Shown: piece by piece, positions 1 to 9,197 of the stretch
Numbering within the stretch: the first letter of the stretch is position 1
Layout: every line of letters starts with the position of its first letter
NCBI GenBank assembly: GCA_047601445.1
Contig: JASGJH010000001.1
Coordinates: 2,400,001 to 2,464,000, forward strand
Length of the DNA: 64,000 bases
Source: Myxococcales bacterium
GTDB lineage: Bacteria > Myxococcota_A > Polyangia > Polyangiales > DASUME01
Reading direction: 5' to 3'
The notes under the pieces: model-generated
Databases searched by the model: none
What the model was told of the DNA's origin: nothing
The model's input: only the letters and a program-made list of their open reading frames with translations
Translations under genes and position numbers: made by a program

Positions 1-1
1 T

Positions 2-727
2 ATGCGAAATGCGGTCGCCGAGAGGCATGGGGTCTTCGTCGGCGACGTTGTACGTCCCGTAGTGCGTGCGGCTATCGAGCAGCGCGAAGATCAGCGCACG
101 CGCCACATCCTCGGCGTGCACGAAGGTATGGCGCGGCCCACCCGAAAGCCGCGGCAAGAACGGCGTGAAGAGACGCAACAGCGGCCCCACCACCAACAGA
201 CTCGCCGCGAAATGACGCCCCCGTCGCCCGTACACGGGCGCCGCGCGCAAGATGGTCCAGGCGGGTCCGTCGCCCCGTCCGCGCCCGCGCAAGAATGCTT
301 CTGCGCCCAGCTTCGAGAGCCCATGCGGACCGCGCGGCGCCATCGCGGCATCCTCGGTGAGGGCGCCCGCCTGGCCAGGCGCGTAGAGCATGCAGGTGGA
401 CATGTGCACGAAGCGCTGCACCTTGCGCTGAGCCGCGTCTTCGAAGAGTTTCACCACGAGCTCGGTGTTCACATTCCCGAGCTCGGCCGTATCGGCGCTG
501 GCGTCGATCAAGGCCGCCGTGTGGATCACATGGTGGACCCCCTCGAGCGCCTGGGCGCGCACGCGCGCGTCCGTGAGATCACCGGGGCACACGCGACCAC
601 GCGTGGGTTGCCGCAGCCCCCGCGCGTTGGTGTCGCTCGCGACCACGTTGAAGCCCGCCGCCTCGCAAAGCCCGACGACGTAATTGCCCACAGTGCCTGC
701 TGCACCCGTAACGAGGACCGTCTCCAC
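2..727 (-). CDS. NAD-dependent epimerase/dehydratase (extended SDR), 3' end runs off window
   Basis: Manual translation from GTG 727: METVLVTGAAGTVG (Rossmann), HVIHTAA, RFVHMST, PHGLSK. Absent from the ORF track because it is truncated. Confidence 0.85.
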   Translation of the reverse strand, partial: METVLVTGAAGTVGNYVVGLCEAAGFNVVASDTNARGLRQPTRGRVCPGDLTDARVRAQALEGVHHVIHTAALIDASADTAELGNVNTELVVKLFEDAAQRKVQRFVHMSTCMLYAPGQAGALTEDAAMAPRGPHGLSKLGAEAFLRGRGRGDGPAWTILRAAPVYGRRGRHFAASLLVVGPLLRLFTPFLPRLSGGPRHTFVHAEDVARALIFALLDSRTHYGTYNVADEDPMPLGDRISH

Positions 728-789
728 GCAACGACTGTAACCCGTGCTTCCGCGAGGAGCACGCGTGGCGATCGCTCAGCCGCGACGGG

Positions 790-1593
790 CTAGACCGCCC
801 GCAGCATGTCCTGCAAGGCTTGCCCGGGGTCGCTGGCGCGCATCAGGCCCTCGCCGATCAGAACGGCGTCCGCACGCGTGGTGGCCACCCGTGCGAAGTC
901 GGCCGCGGAGCGCACACCCGACATGAACACCGCGACGCGATCCGCCGGGATCCGCGCCACCAAATCCGAGGCGCTCCCCGAGTCCACGGAGAACGTCCGC
1001 AGATCCCGCGCATTGATCCCGATGATGGTGGCCTCCGTGGCCAACGCCCGCTTTAGCTCTTCCGCGTCCGCGGCCTCCACCACGGGCTCGAGCCCCCGCA
1101 CTCGCACCTCGCGGATCAGCGACACTAGCTCCTGATCCGACAACACGCGCACCAACAGCAGCACCAACGACGCGCCGGCCGCGCGAGCCGCATCCACCTG
1201 CAAGGGTGAGAGCACGAACTCCTTGAACAACACGGGCAGCTCGGACTGCCGCGCCACCCTGCGCGCATCGAGCACCGACCCCCCGAAACCGGGCCCGTCG
1301 CACAGCACGCTGATCGCGGACGCCCCGCCTCGCTGATAGCTGCGAGCGATGCGCAGATGCTCCCCCGGCGCGCGTGCGCGGATTTGCCCGGCACTCGGAC
1401 TGCGCAGCTTGATCTCCGCGATCACCCGGGGCGGTTCCCCCGCGGGCCTGCGCAGCCCCTCGGCGTGCCGATTGGGCGCTGGAACCTGCGCGGCGGACAA
1501 GCGCGCAAACAGTGCAGCGCGCCGCGCACGGCGGTTCACCTCCACACGTTTGCGTTCCACGATGCGCGCCAGATGATCGATGGGCTCAGCCAT
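790..1593 (-). CDS. trpC: Indole-3-glycerol phosphate synthase
   Basis: VIAEIKLRSPSAG, AISVLCD, IIGINARDL, AVLIGEGLM. Confidence 0.93.
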   Translation of the reverse strand: MAEPIDHLARIVERKRVEVNRRARRAALFARLSAAQVPAPNRHAEGLRRPAGEPPRVIAEIKLRSPSAGQIRARAPGEHLRIARSYQRGGASAISVLCDGPGFGGSVLDARRVARQSELPVLFKEFVLSPLQVDAARAAGASLVLLLVRVLSDQELVSLIREVRVRGLEPVVEAADAEELKRALATEATIIGINARDLRTFSVDSGSASDLVARIPADRVAVFMSGVRSAADFARVATTRADAVLIGEGLMRASDPGQALQDMLRAV

Positions 1594-2203
1594 GGACCTC
1601 GAAGCTAGCCGGTGTGAAGACGCTCGGCGACTCGGGAGCGAGCCGCTCCACGAAACGACGCAACATGCCCTCGCCGTGCTCGGTCAGAAAGGACTCCGGG
1701 TGAAACTGCACCGACTCGAGCGGATACTCTCGGTGGCGCACGCCCATCAACTCACCCTGCTCGGTCCAACAAGTGGCCAGCAAGCACGCGGGCAAGCTGC
1801 TGCGTTCGACCACCAGAGAATGATAGCGAGCGACCTGCAGCGGGTTGGGCAGTCCACTGAAGAGACCGCCTCCATCATGATGGAGGCGCCAGGCCACCCC
1901 ATGCACCGGACGCGATGCGCGTTCTACGCGCGCGCCGAACGCTTCGCACAACACCTGATGTCCCAGACACACCCCCAACAGCGGCACGCGTGCGGCAAAC
2001 TGCTTCACGAGCTCCAAGCTGACGCCGGCATCGACTGGCCGACCAGGTCCCGGTGACAGCACGACCCCACGAGGACGCATCGCGTGAACCTGAGCGACGC
2101 TCACCTGGTCGCTCTGAACGACCTCTACATCGGAGGCCCAGCGCATGAGCCCATGCACGAGGTTCCACGTAAAGGAGTCATGATTGTCGACCACCAACAG
2201 CAT
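1586..2203 (-). CDS. trpG: Anthranilate/aminodeoxychorismate synthase component II (class I glutamine amidotransferase)
   Basis: VDNHDSFTWNL, SPGPG, GVCLGHQ, RYHSL, QFHPES; overlaps the trpC start. Confidence 0.9.
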   Translation of the reverse strand: MLLVVDNHDSFTWNLVHGLMRWASDVEVVQSDQVSVAQVHAMRPRGVVLSPGPGRPVDAGVSLELVKQFAARVPLLGVCLGHQVLCEAFGARVERASRPVHGVAWRLHHDGGGLFSGLPNPLQVARYHSLVVERSSLPACLLATCWTEQGELMGVRHREYPLESVQFHPESFLTEHGEGMLRRFVERLAPESPSVFTPASFEVHG

Positions 2204-2294
2204 CTAGGGCTGTGATAGCGTTAACTCCTCGCATCCGAGGGTGCGAAGCGCCGTGAGCAGGGTCCGGCGTTCAGTGGAGCCAAAATCCCAGGGC

Positions 2295-2324
2295 TTGACA
2301 CGGCGGAGCTGCCGCGGATACCTT
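2295..2324 (+). promoter_or_regulatory. Putative sigma70 promoter
   Basis: TTGACA-N18-TACCTT upstream of the CDS at 2384. Confidence 0.5.
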
Positions 2325-2383
2325 CGCGCGGCTCCCCGGCCAACAAGCCGGACCTTGTTTTGCTGCCTACGAAGCCCCCTCCT

Positions 2384-3631
2384 ATGACCATGTCCGAGCA
2401 GCCCAAAAAAGCTAGAGATATCAAAGACCTCAAGGCCCGACTCGGCCGAGGTCCGCAGCCTGGTAGCCCCAGCGCGCCGCCACCCGCGGCCGGTGGGATT
2501 CCAGCTCCCATGCCGGGGCCGGCGGGCATCCCGGGGCCGGGAATTCCACGCGGGGCGGATGTACCCGCTCCGTTTGGACCTCCTCCGGGAATGGCAGGCG
2601 GTATGCCGGGTGCAATGCCTGGTCGTGCTCCGGCCGACCCGTTCGCAGCTCCCCGACCAGCTCCCATGCCTGGTGCCCCGCGCAGCGTTCCTCCGGGATC
2701 GATGCCTGCCCCTGCCATGGCGGATCCTTTCGCCGCTGCAGCTCCAGTGGCCGCAGCCCAGGAAGTCCGTCTCATTATCGACGACAAGGCCGTCGACGAT
2801 GCCGACGTGGGTCGCAAGGGCTTCGGCAAGCTGGCCACGGGCCTGGCTATCACCGCCATCGTCGGCGTGTTGATTGGCTGGGTGGTCGGCAGCACGGTGC
2901 GTGAGCGCCAGCTGTTCGACCTGGCTCTGCAGGACGCCAAGGATGTGTACGGCTCGGTGAACACCGCGTCGACCACGGTCACCCAGGCCTCCAAGCTCAT
3001 CGACCAGGCGCTCAAGGCGGCGGCCCCCGGCCCCGGCAAGACCGTCGAGGTGGACTTCAAGGCCATCGAGGACCTTCGCGCCCTCGCCAAGCCCTTCCCC
3101 GCCGACGTGTTCTCGAGGAAGCGCTACGGCGCCTTCGCGGAGCCCGGAACCGTGGACTCGTTGTTCCTCTACTACAACAACACCAACATCCTCTGGGCCA
3201 AGATCGCGACCATCGCGGCCAAGTCCCTGTCCCCCACCTCGCGTGAGGCGCTCACCAAGGCCGCCAAGGCCGCTGGTGATCTCGCAGCCACCGAGTACGG
3301 CTGCGTGCCCTTCAAGGACGGCGATGCCTTCCGTTGCGGCCTCATGCCCGTCAAGAGCGGCGAAGAGGGCAAGGTCAACGTCATCACCCGCTCTGGCACC
3401 CTTGAAAAGAGCGTGTTCGCCGGACAGGCGATCGCGGACAAGCCGAGCGACTTCGTCATCATGGTCGACAAGGGTCGCAGCAACGACATCCTCGGCGCCA
3501 CGACCGACAAGTTCCAGACCTACGCTCGCGACCTCATGGAAGCCAAGCAGCTCGCCGACCAGACCACGCAGGTCCAGGGTCAGCTGATCCAGCAGCTGGG
3601 CAACATCGCCAAGCTCTCCACCCTCAACTGA
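2384..3631 (+). CDS. Hypothetical bitopic membrane protein with Pro/Gly-rich N-terminus and helical periplasmic domain
   Basis: DIKDLKARLGR N-terminus, long Pro-rich tract, one TM (LATGLAITAIVGVLIGWVVG), strong GC3 codon bias. Confidence 0.8.
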   Translation: MTMSEQPKKARDIKDLKARLGRGPQPGSPSAPPPAAGGIPAPMPGPAGIPGPGIPRGADVPAPFGPPPGMAGGMPGAMPGRAPADPFAAPRPAPMPGAPRSVPPGSMPAPAMADPFAAAAPVAAAQEVRLIIDDKAVDDADVGRKGFGKLATGLAITAIVGVLIGWVVGSTVRERQLFDLALQDAKDVYGSVNTASTTVTQASKLIDQALKAAAPGPGKTVEVDFKAIEDLRALAKPFPADVFSRKRYGAFAEPGTVDSLFLYYNNTNILWAKIATIAAKSLSPTSREALTKAAKAAGDLAATEYGCVPFKDGDAFRCGLMPVKSGEEGKVNVITRSGTLEKSVFAGQAIADKPSDFVIMVDKGRSNDILGATTDKFQTYARDLMEAKQLADQTTQVQGQLIQQLGNIAKLSTLN

Positions 3632-3664
3632 GAGAGCGCGCGGGCCCAAGCTCGCGCATCACCC

Positions 3665-3696
3665 AAAGGCCTCTGCGCGGCGCGCAGGGGCCTTTT
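3665..3696. terminator. Bidirectional intrinsic terminator
   Basis: aaaggcctctgcgc/gcgcaggggcctttt hairpin between convergent genes. Confidence 0.7.
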
Positions 3697-3791
3697 GCAT
3701 TGGTGACCGGCACCACCTACGTACCAAACGTCGAAAAGGCCGCCGCGCACAGCGCAGCAGCCCTCTGGAGTGGCGTCCAAGACGCTCTTGC

Positions 3792-4664
3792 TCAGGAACC
3801 GACTAGCGCAGCGACGCGACTGCTCAGACGCCTCTGCTGGTCGTCCGACGACGAAGCCACCACCGTGCTGCCGCTCAGGAACCCACCCAGGAGCGGCTTG
3901 AGCGCAGCCACCATGGGCTCGCCGAGCGCCTCGAGCTGATCGAGCACTTCGCCCGCTGGCATCGCGTCGTGATCCCGATGGAGCGTGAGCGCCCACTCGG
4001 CCCACTCGGGCTGTCCCTTGGCGCGCGCCAAGCGCAGCGCGAACACCGAGATCTTGGTGAGATGCTTGGTCTCGAGCTTCATGCCCAGACGGGTACGCTC
4101 TTCGACCTCGCGGGCTGCACGCTGCATCATGCGCTCGGCCTCGGACTTACGGCCCGTGTTGAGCGCACGCTCGATCACCTCGCCGAGCAACTGAAATGTC
4201 CAGGCTGCCTGGCCCTGCGCGGACGGCATGCCGGTGATGGTCTCGTAGGTGTTGGAGTCCGTGTCCTGCGTCGAAGGCTCACCACAATGCGGGCAAGCCT
4301 GGGATTCCCCCGGGAAGGGACGGCTGCAGCCGCGACAGTGCGCCATGAAGCCCGTGGAGCGCGTGAGCCGCGCCGAGCCCTCGTCGATCACCAGGAACAC
4401 CAGATCCTGTGTGCCGAGACGCAGTCGATCGTTGTGACGCAGCGGTGCTTCACCGCGGATCAAGCTCCCGTTGATGCGCACTCCGTTGCGGCTTCCGAGA
4501 TCGACCACGCGTGCGCCCAGCGCATCGATGAAGATGCGCGCATGCTGCCGAGAGACCAGTGGGTCCTCGATCGTGATCTGGCATTCGGGGCTGCGGCCGA
4601 TCACGACCTGTGGCCCCTGCAGATCCAACTCCTGCAGCAAGAATCTAAGGCGATAGCGAGACAC
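3792..4664 (-). CDS. FHA domain protein with zinc ribbon
   Basis: IGRSPEC, VSRQHA, DLGSRNG FHA motifs; CRGC...CPHC. GTG start at 4664 preferred. Confidence 0.85.
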   Translation of the reverse strand: MSRYRLRFLLQELDLQGPQVVIGRSPECQITIEDPLVSRQHARIFIDALGARVVDLGSRNGVRINGSLIRGEAPLRHNDRLRLGTQDLVFLVIDEGSARLTRSTGFMAHCRGCSRPFPGESQACPHCGEPSTQDTDSNTYETITGMPSAQGQAAWTFQLLGEVIERALNTGRKSEAERMMQRAAREVEERTRLGMKLETKHLTKISVFALRLARAKGQPEWAEWALTLHRDHDAMPAGEVLDQLEALGEPMVAALKPLLGGFLSGSTVVASSSDDQQRRLSSRVAALVGS

Positions 4665-4875
4665 GAGCCTCCGGAGCTCCTCAACGAGCGAGTCTCCAAG
4701 ATACTGCCAGCGTGGACGGGCCGTATCTAGGGGCAAATACGCCCAATATAGTGCTGCCAATCGTGAGCATGCCTCCTTGGAAGCACTGCGTCACAAAGGT
4801 GCTTGTTTGCCTCACTTAGGGTGACGCGAGCTTGAGCACTTCCCGGGCGATGGTTCGTGTTACGATCGTTCGACC

Positions 4876-5100
4876 GTGAGGAACCGAATCGAGACACTTT
4901 TCCGTGAGGTACTGGGTCCCCTCTTCGAGGCCGATGGCGCCAGCGTGGAGGTCGTGAACGTGCGAGGCCACCTCGTACAGATTCGGCTCGGTGGCGCCTA
5001 CCGCGGATGTCCGAGCACGCCCTACACCGTCGACGGCGTCATTATCCCCGCTCTGCGCAAAGCCACCGGCGAAGATTTTCAGGTCGAAGTGTTGGTCTGA
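4876..5100 (+). CDS. NifU/NfuA C-terminal-like small protein
   Basis: ADGASVEVV...LGGAYRGCPST pattern; YxxC instead of CxxC. Confidence 0.7.
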   Translation: MRNRIETLFREVLGPLFEADGASVEVVNVRGHLVQIRLGGAYRGCPSTPYTVDGVIIPALRKATGEDFQVEVLV

Positions 5101-5174
5101 AAACAGTTGGAGCGCGCTGGGCGAACCCCGCGCGCTCCCTGGTTTCATGTCGGCGCAGGCCGGGCTAGGTCCGC

Positions 5175-6134
5175 TCAGATGCCGAGGCCCTTGAGGGGAT
5201 CGTCATCCTCCGACACACCACCGCTCGACACGGGCGGCGGAGCCGCCGCCGCGGAGGGAGCCTTCTTGCCATTCGTGCTGGGCGCCTGAGCGGATTGCTC
5301 GGGAGCGTTCTGACGTACGCGCATCTTGCCGGTGATGCGGTCGATGATGTCGGGGTTGTTGTCGTTCTCTTCGGCGGCGTCCGTGGTCGCAGACTCCACC
5401 AACGCATGCGCGCGGTTGCTGTCGCTCGCCTTGTTGGGCCGCAGGTCGCTGAGGCGCGCCAGGGTGTCCTTGCTCTCGAACACGAGGCAGTAGAAGCCGT
5501 AGAACTGGTTGTTGTCCACGGCGCGCAGGCTGGAGCTCTGATCCTGCCAGGCCAGGTACTTCGCCTTGCCCTCGCCCTTCACCACGGCCTTGCCGTAGCG
5601 GCCCTGCACTGCGCTGGCGAACGCGTCGAACGACTTGCCCTGGAACGCCGTGCTGTTGAAGGCCTTGTACCACTTCCACAGCTTGTTATTGATGAAGAAG
5701 TAGTAGTTCTGCGAGCTGTCGTCGTTCACCACGAACATCGACTCGTTGTTGCCCTGGGAGAACTCGCCCTTGAGGAACGAGACATCCCAGCCCGTCTTCT
5801 TGCCGTTGAAGTCGACGATGCTGCTCTTGATCTTGGAGAGCTCTTCGCGCGCCTTGTTGCGCAGCTTGTCCTCTTCGAGGGCGCCGCTCGCCTTGGCGAT
5901 CAGGGGACGATACTTGTCCTTGATCTGCTGCACGAAGGTGTTGAGCACCTCGTCGCGCGTCATGCCCCAGTGGAGGTCGCCCATGGCGTCGCTGATGCCA
6001 GCGCTCTGCGGTGCCTCTTGCTGCGCGGCCGGCTTGGCAGCCTTCTTCTTGGGTGCCGCATGGGCCACGTCGAGCGACAGGGTCGCGGAGCAACAGAGCG
6101 CACCGACGAGCGCTCCGATCATCTTGCGCTTCAT
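5175..6134 (-). CDS. Secreted hypothetical protein
   Basis: Signal peptide MKRKMIGALVGALCC...AHA, GGAGG RBS, strong codon bias. Confidence 0.8.
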   Translation of the reverse strand: MKRKMIGALVGALCCSATLSLDVAHAAPKKKAAKPAAQQEAPQSAGISDAMGDLHWGMTRDEVLNTFVQQIKDKYRPLIAKASGALEEDKLRNKAREELSKIKSSIVDFNGKKTGWDVSFLKGEFSQGNNESMFVVNDDSSQNYYFFINNKLWKWYKAFNSTAFQGKSFDAFASAVQGRYGKAVVKGEGKAKYLAWQDQSSSLRAVDNNQFYGFYCLVFESKDTLARLSDLRPNKASDSNRAHALVESATTDAAEENDNNPDIIDRITGKMRVRQNAPEQSAQAPSTNGKKAPSAAAAPPPVSSGGVSEDDDPLKGLGI

Positions 6135-6264
6135 GAGAATCCTCCTCCAACCGACACGCGCGTTGCAGCGCGCTTTCCACTTCCAGACCGCTGAGAGCAT
6201 ACACGTGCACCCGTGTACGTTGCTAGCGGGATCGGGCTTCCTGGAGCCCACCATACAGAGGTTT

Positions 6265-7062
6265 TTAGCTGTGTAGCTCTGCTTCCAAATCCAAGAAAAG
6301 CCGTGTTCCGCCGGCAACTGCGATGGGCATGAACGCGAGATTCAGTATGGGTACAAACAAGCACCCCCACACAGCCAAGCCGAAGCCCACCATGAGCCAG
6401 GGTCGCTTCGAAAACAACGAAAGGCGTGCTCGGAGCTCGATTCCACGACGAGACGCCGGCCAGTCCGTGTAATCGATTGCGAAGTAACTAGCGGTGAAAA
6501 GGCCGCCGACGACGGCCACCACGACGTGTCCCACACCGGGCACGAGCCACGAGAAAATCGTAAGCGGCATCATGATCGTCGCGAAGAGCGTGAGCTTGAA
6601 CAGCTCGATGCGCAGCGTGCGCGCGACATCCCTGGCCAGGCGCGAGAGCGAAAACGCCGGGCTCCGGCGCTGGAGCTCGCGCTCTTCGATGGCCTCGCTG
6701 AGGGCGTCGTTGAAAGGCGCGGCCACCAGCATCGAGAGCATCACGCAGGCCAGCACGAGCACGGAAAGGCTCAACAAGAACGCGACCGCGTCGGCAAGCC
6801 AGTAGAGCCCGCGCGCCAGTGTGGCGAGCCAGTCATGTCCTTGCGGGGCGCGCCACAAGAGCGCCAGCAGATCGTCGTGGTAGCGCAGGGCGAGCAGAAA
6901 GCTGGCCAGGAGAGACAGCGCCGTGAGCACGATGGGCACGCTCCAATAGCGAACGAGATCGGGGTACTTGCGGAGCAGCGCGACGCCCTTGAAGGCATAG
7001 CCGAGTCCACGAAACAGGTCGCTGGGCGCGTAGCGCGGGGACAAACCGGCGGGGTTCGCCAT
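6265..7062 (-). CDS. EI24/CysZ-like membrane protein
   Basis: AAPFNDALSEAIE, FAIDYTDWP, VPILNLAFMPIAVAGGT; multiple TMs. Confidence 0.85.
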   Translation of the reverse strand: MANPAGLSPRYAPSDLFRGLGYAFKGVALLRKYPDLVRYWSVPIVLTALSLLASFLLALRYHDDLLALLWRAPQGHDWLATLARGLYWLADAVAFLLSLSVLVLACVMLSMLVAAPFNDALSEAIEERELQRRSPAFSLSRLARDVARTLRIELFKLTLFATIMMPLTIFSWLVPGVGHVVVAVVGGLFTASYFAIDYTDWPASRRGIELRARLSLFSKRPWLMVGFGLAVWGCLFVPILNLAFMPIAVAGGTRLFLDLEAELHS

Positions 7063-7070
7063 GGCGCGCC

Positions 7071-8546
7071 TCACAAGGTGGTGGCTGGGATGAACGGCAA
7101 GATCGACTTGAGGTCGTCGTCGTTGAAGCGCAGCTGGGCGCCGAGGAAGAAGTCGCGGCTTTCGTTGAGGGTGTCGTCCATACCGCCCACGAGCCACAGG
7201 CGCTTCACGACCTCGTACGAGAGCCTTTCGCGGATGCGCGCGTACTGCTGCTCGCCGATGGCGAAGATGTCCGTGGTGAGCTCGAAGGAGTCGTGCAGCA
7301 AGTGGATGTCCATGCCGAGGCCGCCCGTCGACTCCAGAATGCCGAAGCGGAAGGTCGCAAAGTGCACGCGCTTGGCGAACATCAGCGAGAAACGGAACGC
7401 GTCCTTCGTCTCGGAGATGGTCTCCTCGTAGAACTCGGGCTCCCCATCTGGCGGTGGGCTGACCCGGACCTGGCGCTGCGTGAAGGTCGTGCGCCCGCGC
7501 GGGTCGGCGATCAACTGGAACATGTAGTAGCGGTCTTCGCGGGGCTGAAGGCGCAGTTCCACGTAGTTTTTGAAGGTGTTCGCGAGGAAGTAGTACTCGC
7601 TGCGCAGCTGGATGATGGTCTGCAGGCGCGTGATGGGCTCCACGAAGTTGCCCACGCCCTGGACCACGCCCTCGACCTCGTTGATGAGCTTTTCGTCGCT
7701 CGTGAGGCGACCGATGGTGCCCTCGCCGCGGGCCGTGCGGTCGGTGACCTGCTTGACGTCCTTCATGACGGACTCGAGGTCCTTCGACGCGCGCTCGATG
7801 GAAGCGATGGTGCCATCCACGCGACCGAGGCCCGACTCGAGGCCCTTGGCGTTGTTCCCGATCACCGTGTGGATGTCGCGCGTGACCTGCTCGATGTGCG
7901 TCAGGATGCGCTCGATCTTGGGCGCCGCGTCCGTGGTGATGCTCTCGATGTTGTTGACGGTATGGTCCACCGCGGCCTCGTTGGCCTGGATGGTCCGGTT
8001 GACGTGCTCGAGCGCTTCCGTGAGGTTCCGGAGGGCGCTCGACATCTTGTCGCCGGCTTCATCGTTGCCGAAGGAGCGCTCGAGCTGGGTGGTGACCTTT
8101 TTGACCGACTCCGCAATCTCCCCGACGGTCTGGATGACGTCGTCGGTCTTGGTGGCCGGGGCGGCGGTGGCGATCTGAGCACCGTCCTCAATTTCCGGTT
8201 TGGGTGGACCGCCGGGCAAGATCACCAGCAGGGTCTCACCCAGTAGGGAAGCACTGCGCTGGGCGACCTGCGCGTTCTTGTAGAGCTTCACGGAGCGGTC
8301 GATGCGGAGATCGACGCGTGCGCGGTCCCCTTCCAGGCGGATGGAGTCGATGGTGCCGACTGGGATACCTGCAATCAGGACGCGAGACTTGGGGACCAAG
8401 CCCTGCACGTCGTCGAAGATCGCGTAGACCCGGTAGCCCTCGTCCCCCTGCGCCCCCTCATCGACGAAGCGGTAGATGGCGATGCTCGCGGCGACGATTA
8501 GCAGCACGAGAAGGCCAACCTTGGCCGCGTTGTACGTCTCCCTCAT
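7071..8546 (-). CDS. mlaD: MlaD/MCE protein with long helical region and C-terminal beta-rich domain
   Basis: N-terminal TM, FDDVQGL...IAGIPVG, SLLGE, GEGTIGRL. Confidence 0.88.
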   Translation of the reverse strand: MRETYNAAKVGLLVLLIVAASIAIYRFVDEGAQGDEGYRVYAIFDDVQGLVPKSRVLIAGIPVGTIDSIRLEGDRARVDLRIDRSVKLYKNAQVAQRSASLLGETLLVILPGGPPKPEIEDGAQIATAAPATKTDDVIQTVGEIAESVKKVTTQLERSFGNDEAGDKMSSALRNLTEALEHVNRTIQANEAAVDHTVNNIESITTDAAPKIERILTHIEQVTRDIHTVIGNNAKGLESGLGRVDGTIASIERASKDLESVMKDVKQVTDRTARGEGTIGRLTSDEKLINEVEGVVQGVGNFVEPITRLQTIIQLRSEYYFLANTFKNYVELRLQPREDRYYMFQLIADPRGRTTFTQRQVRVSPPPDGEPEFYEETISETKDAFRFSLMFAKRVHFATFRFGILESTGGLGMDIHLLHDSFELTTDIFAIGEQQYARIRERLSYEVVKRLWLVGGMDDTLNESRDFFLGAQLRFNDDDLKSILPFIPATTL

Positions 8547-8756
8547 CGCCTCCCGGGCGGCATCCTATGGCTACCCGAGAAGGGGGGCAAGGTCAGACCG
8601 GGTGCGAGAAAGAGGAAACCCTGGGAAGTCGTGTACGTTGACCACTGTCCCTACGCTTTGGCAAAGTTTTCGCGGTGCTCAAAAGGCGATCTTCAGAACC
8701 GTCCCCAAGCCGAGAATCGGCGCCCCGGAATTGCGCGTCGTCTGCGCCTCGAGCAC

Positions 8757-9197
8757 TTGCGCCCCTGGGGCTGTGCGCTTTGGCTTACCTGTCAGGGGTG
8801 CGCCACGGTGGACCTGGGCGACAACCCCGAGGCCGTGGACTTCGACGTGGACGAGAACTTCTTCCACTGCGAAATCCAACCCAACGTGCTGACGCAGTAC
8901 CACTGCTCGAGCGGCATGGGGGGTGAGGAGGGGGGCTGTCACTCGGCGCGCAGCGCCCTGCGATTGGTGGAAGTCGACGCCCCGGCGCGCTGCAAGGACG
9001 GCCGCGTCATCGGCGCTCCGCCGGAAGCCTCACAGACCAACCTCGAGCGCGTGCGTACGGAGCTCGGCATCGACGCCGACTCGAGCCCGTTCTACCGCCG
9101 CCCGTTGGGCCTCGACTCGCACCCTCGGCAAATCTTCCCGAGCAACTCGGACGCGGCGGCCCTGATCCGCACCTGGCTCAATCAAGGAACCCCATGA
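8757..9197 (+). CDS. Lipoprotein with cytochrome c-like domain (CX10CH)
   Basis: Lipobox-like CQGC, CSSGMGGEEGGCH, SPFYRRP...SHP...IRTWLNQG. Start uncertain (ORF open from 8631). Confidence 0.6.
   Translation: MRPWGCALWLTCQGCATVDLGDNPEAVDFDVDENFFHCEIQPNVLTQYHCSSGMGGEEGGCHSARSALRLVEVDAPARCKDGRVIGAPPEASQTNLERVRTELGIDADSSPFYRRPLGLDSHPRQIFPSNSDAAALIRTWLNQGTP

Noticed and set aside
2..793. 263-aa plus-strand ORF and other long antisense ORFs (e.g. 2204-3649, 54785-56791)
   Set aside because: Shadow ORFs of GC-rich genes on the opposite strand, with no recognisable motifs.
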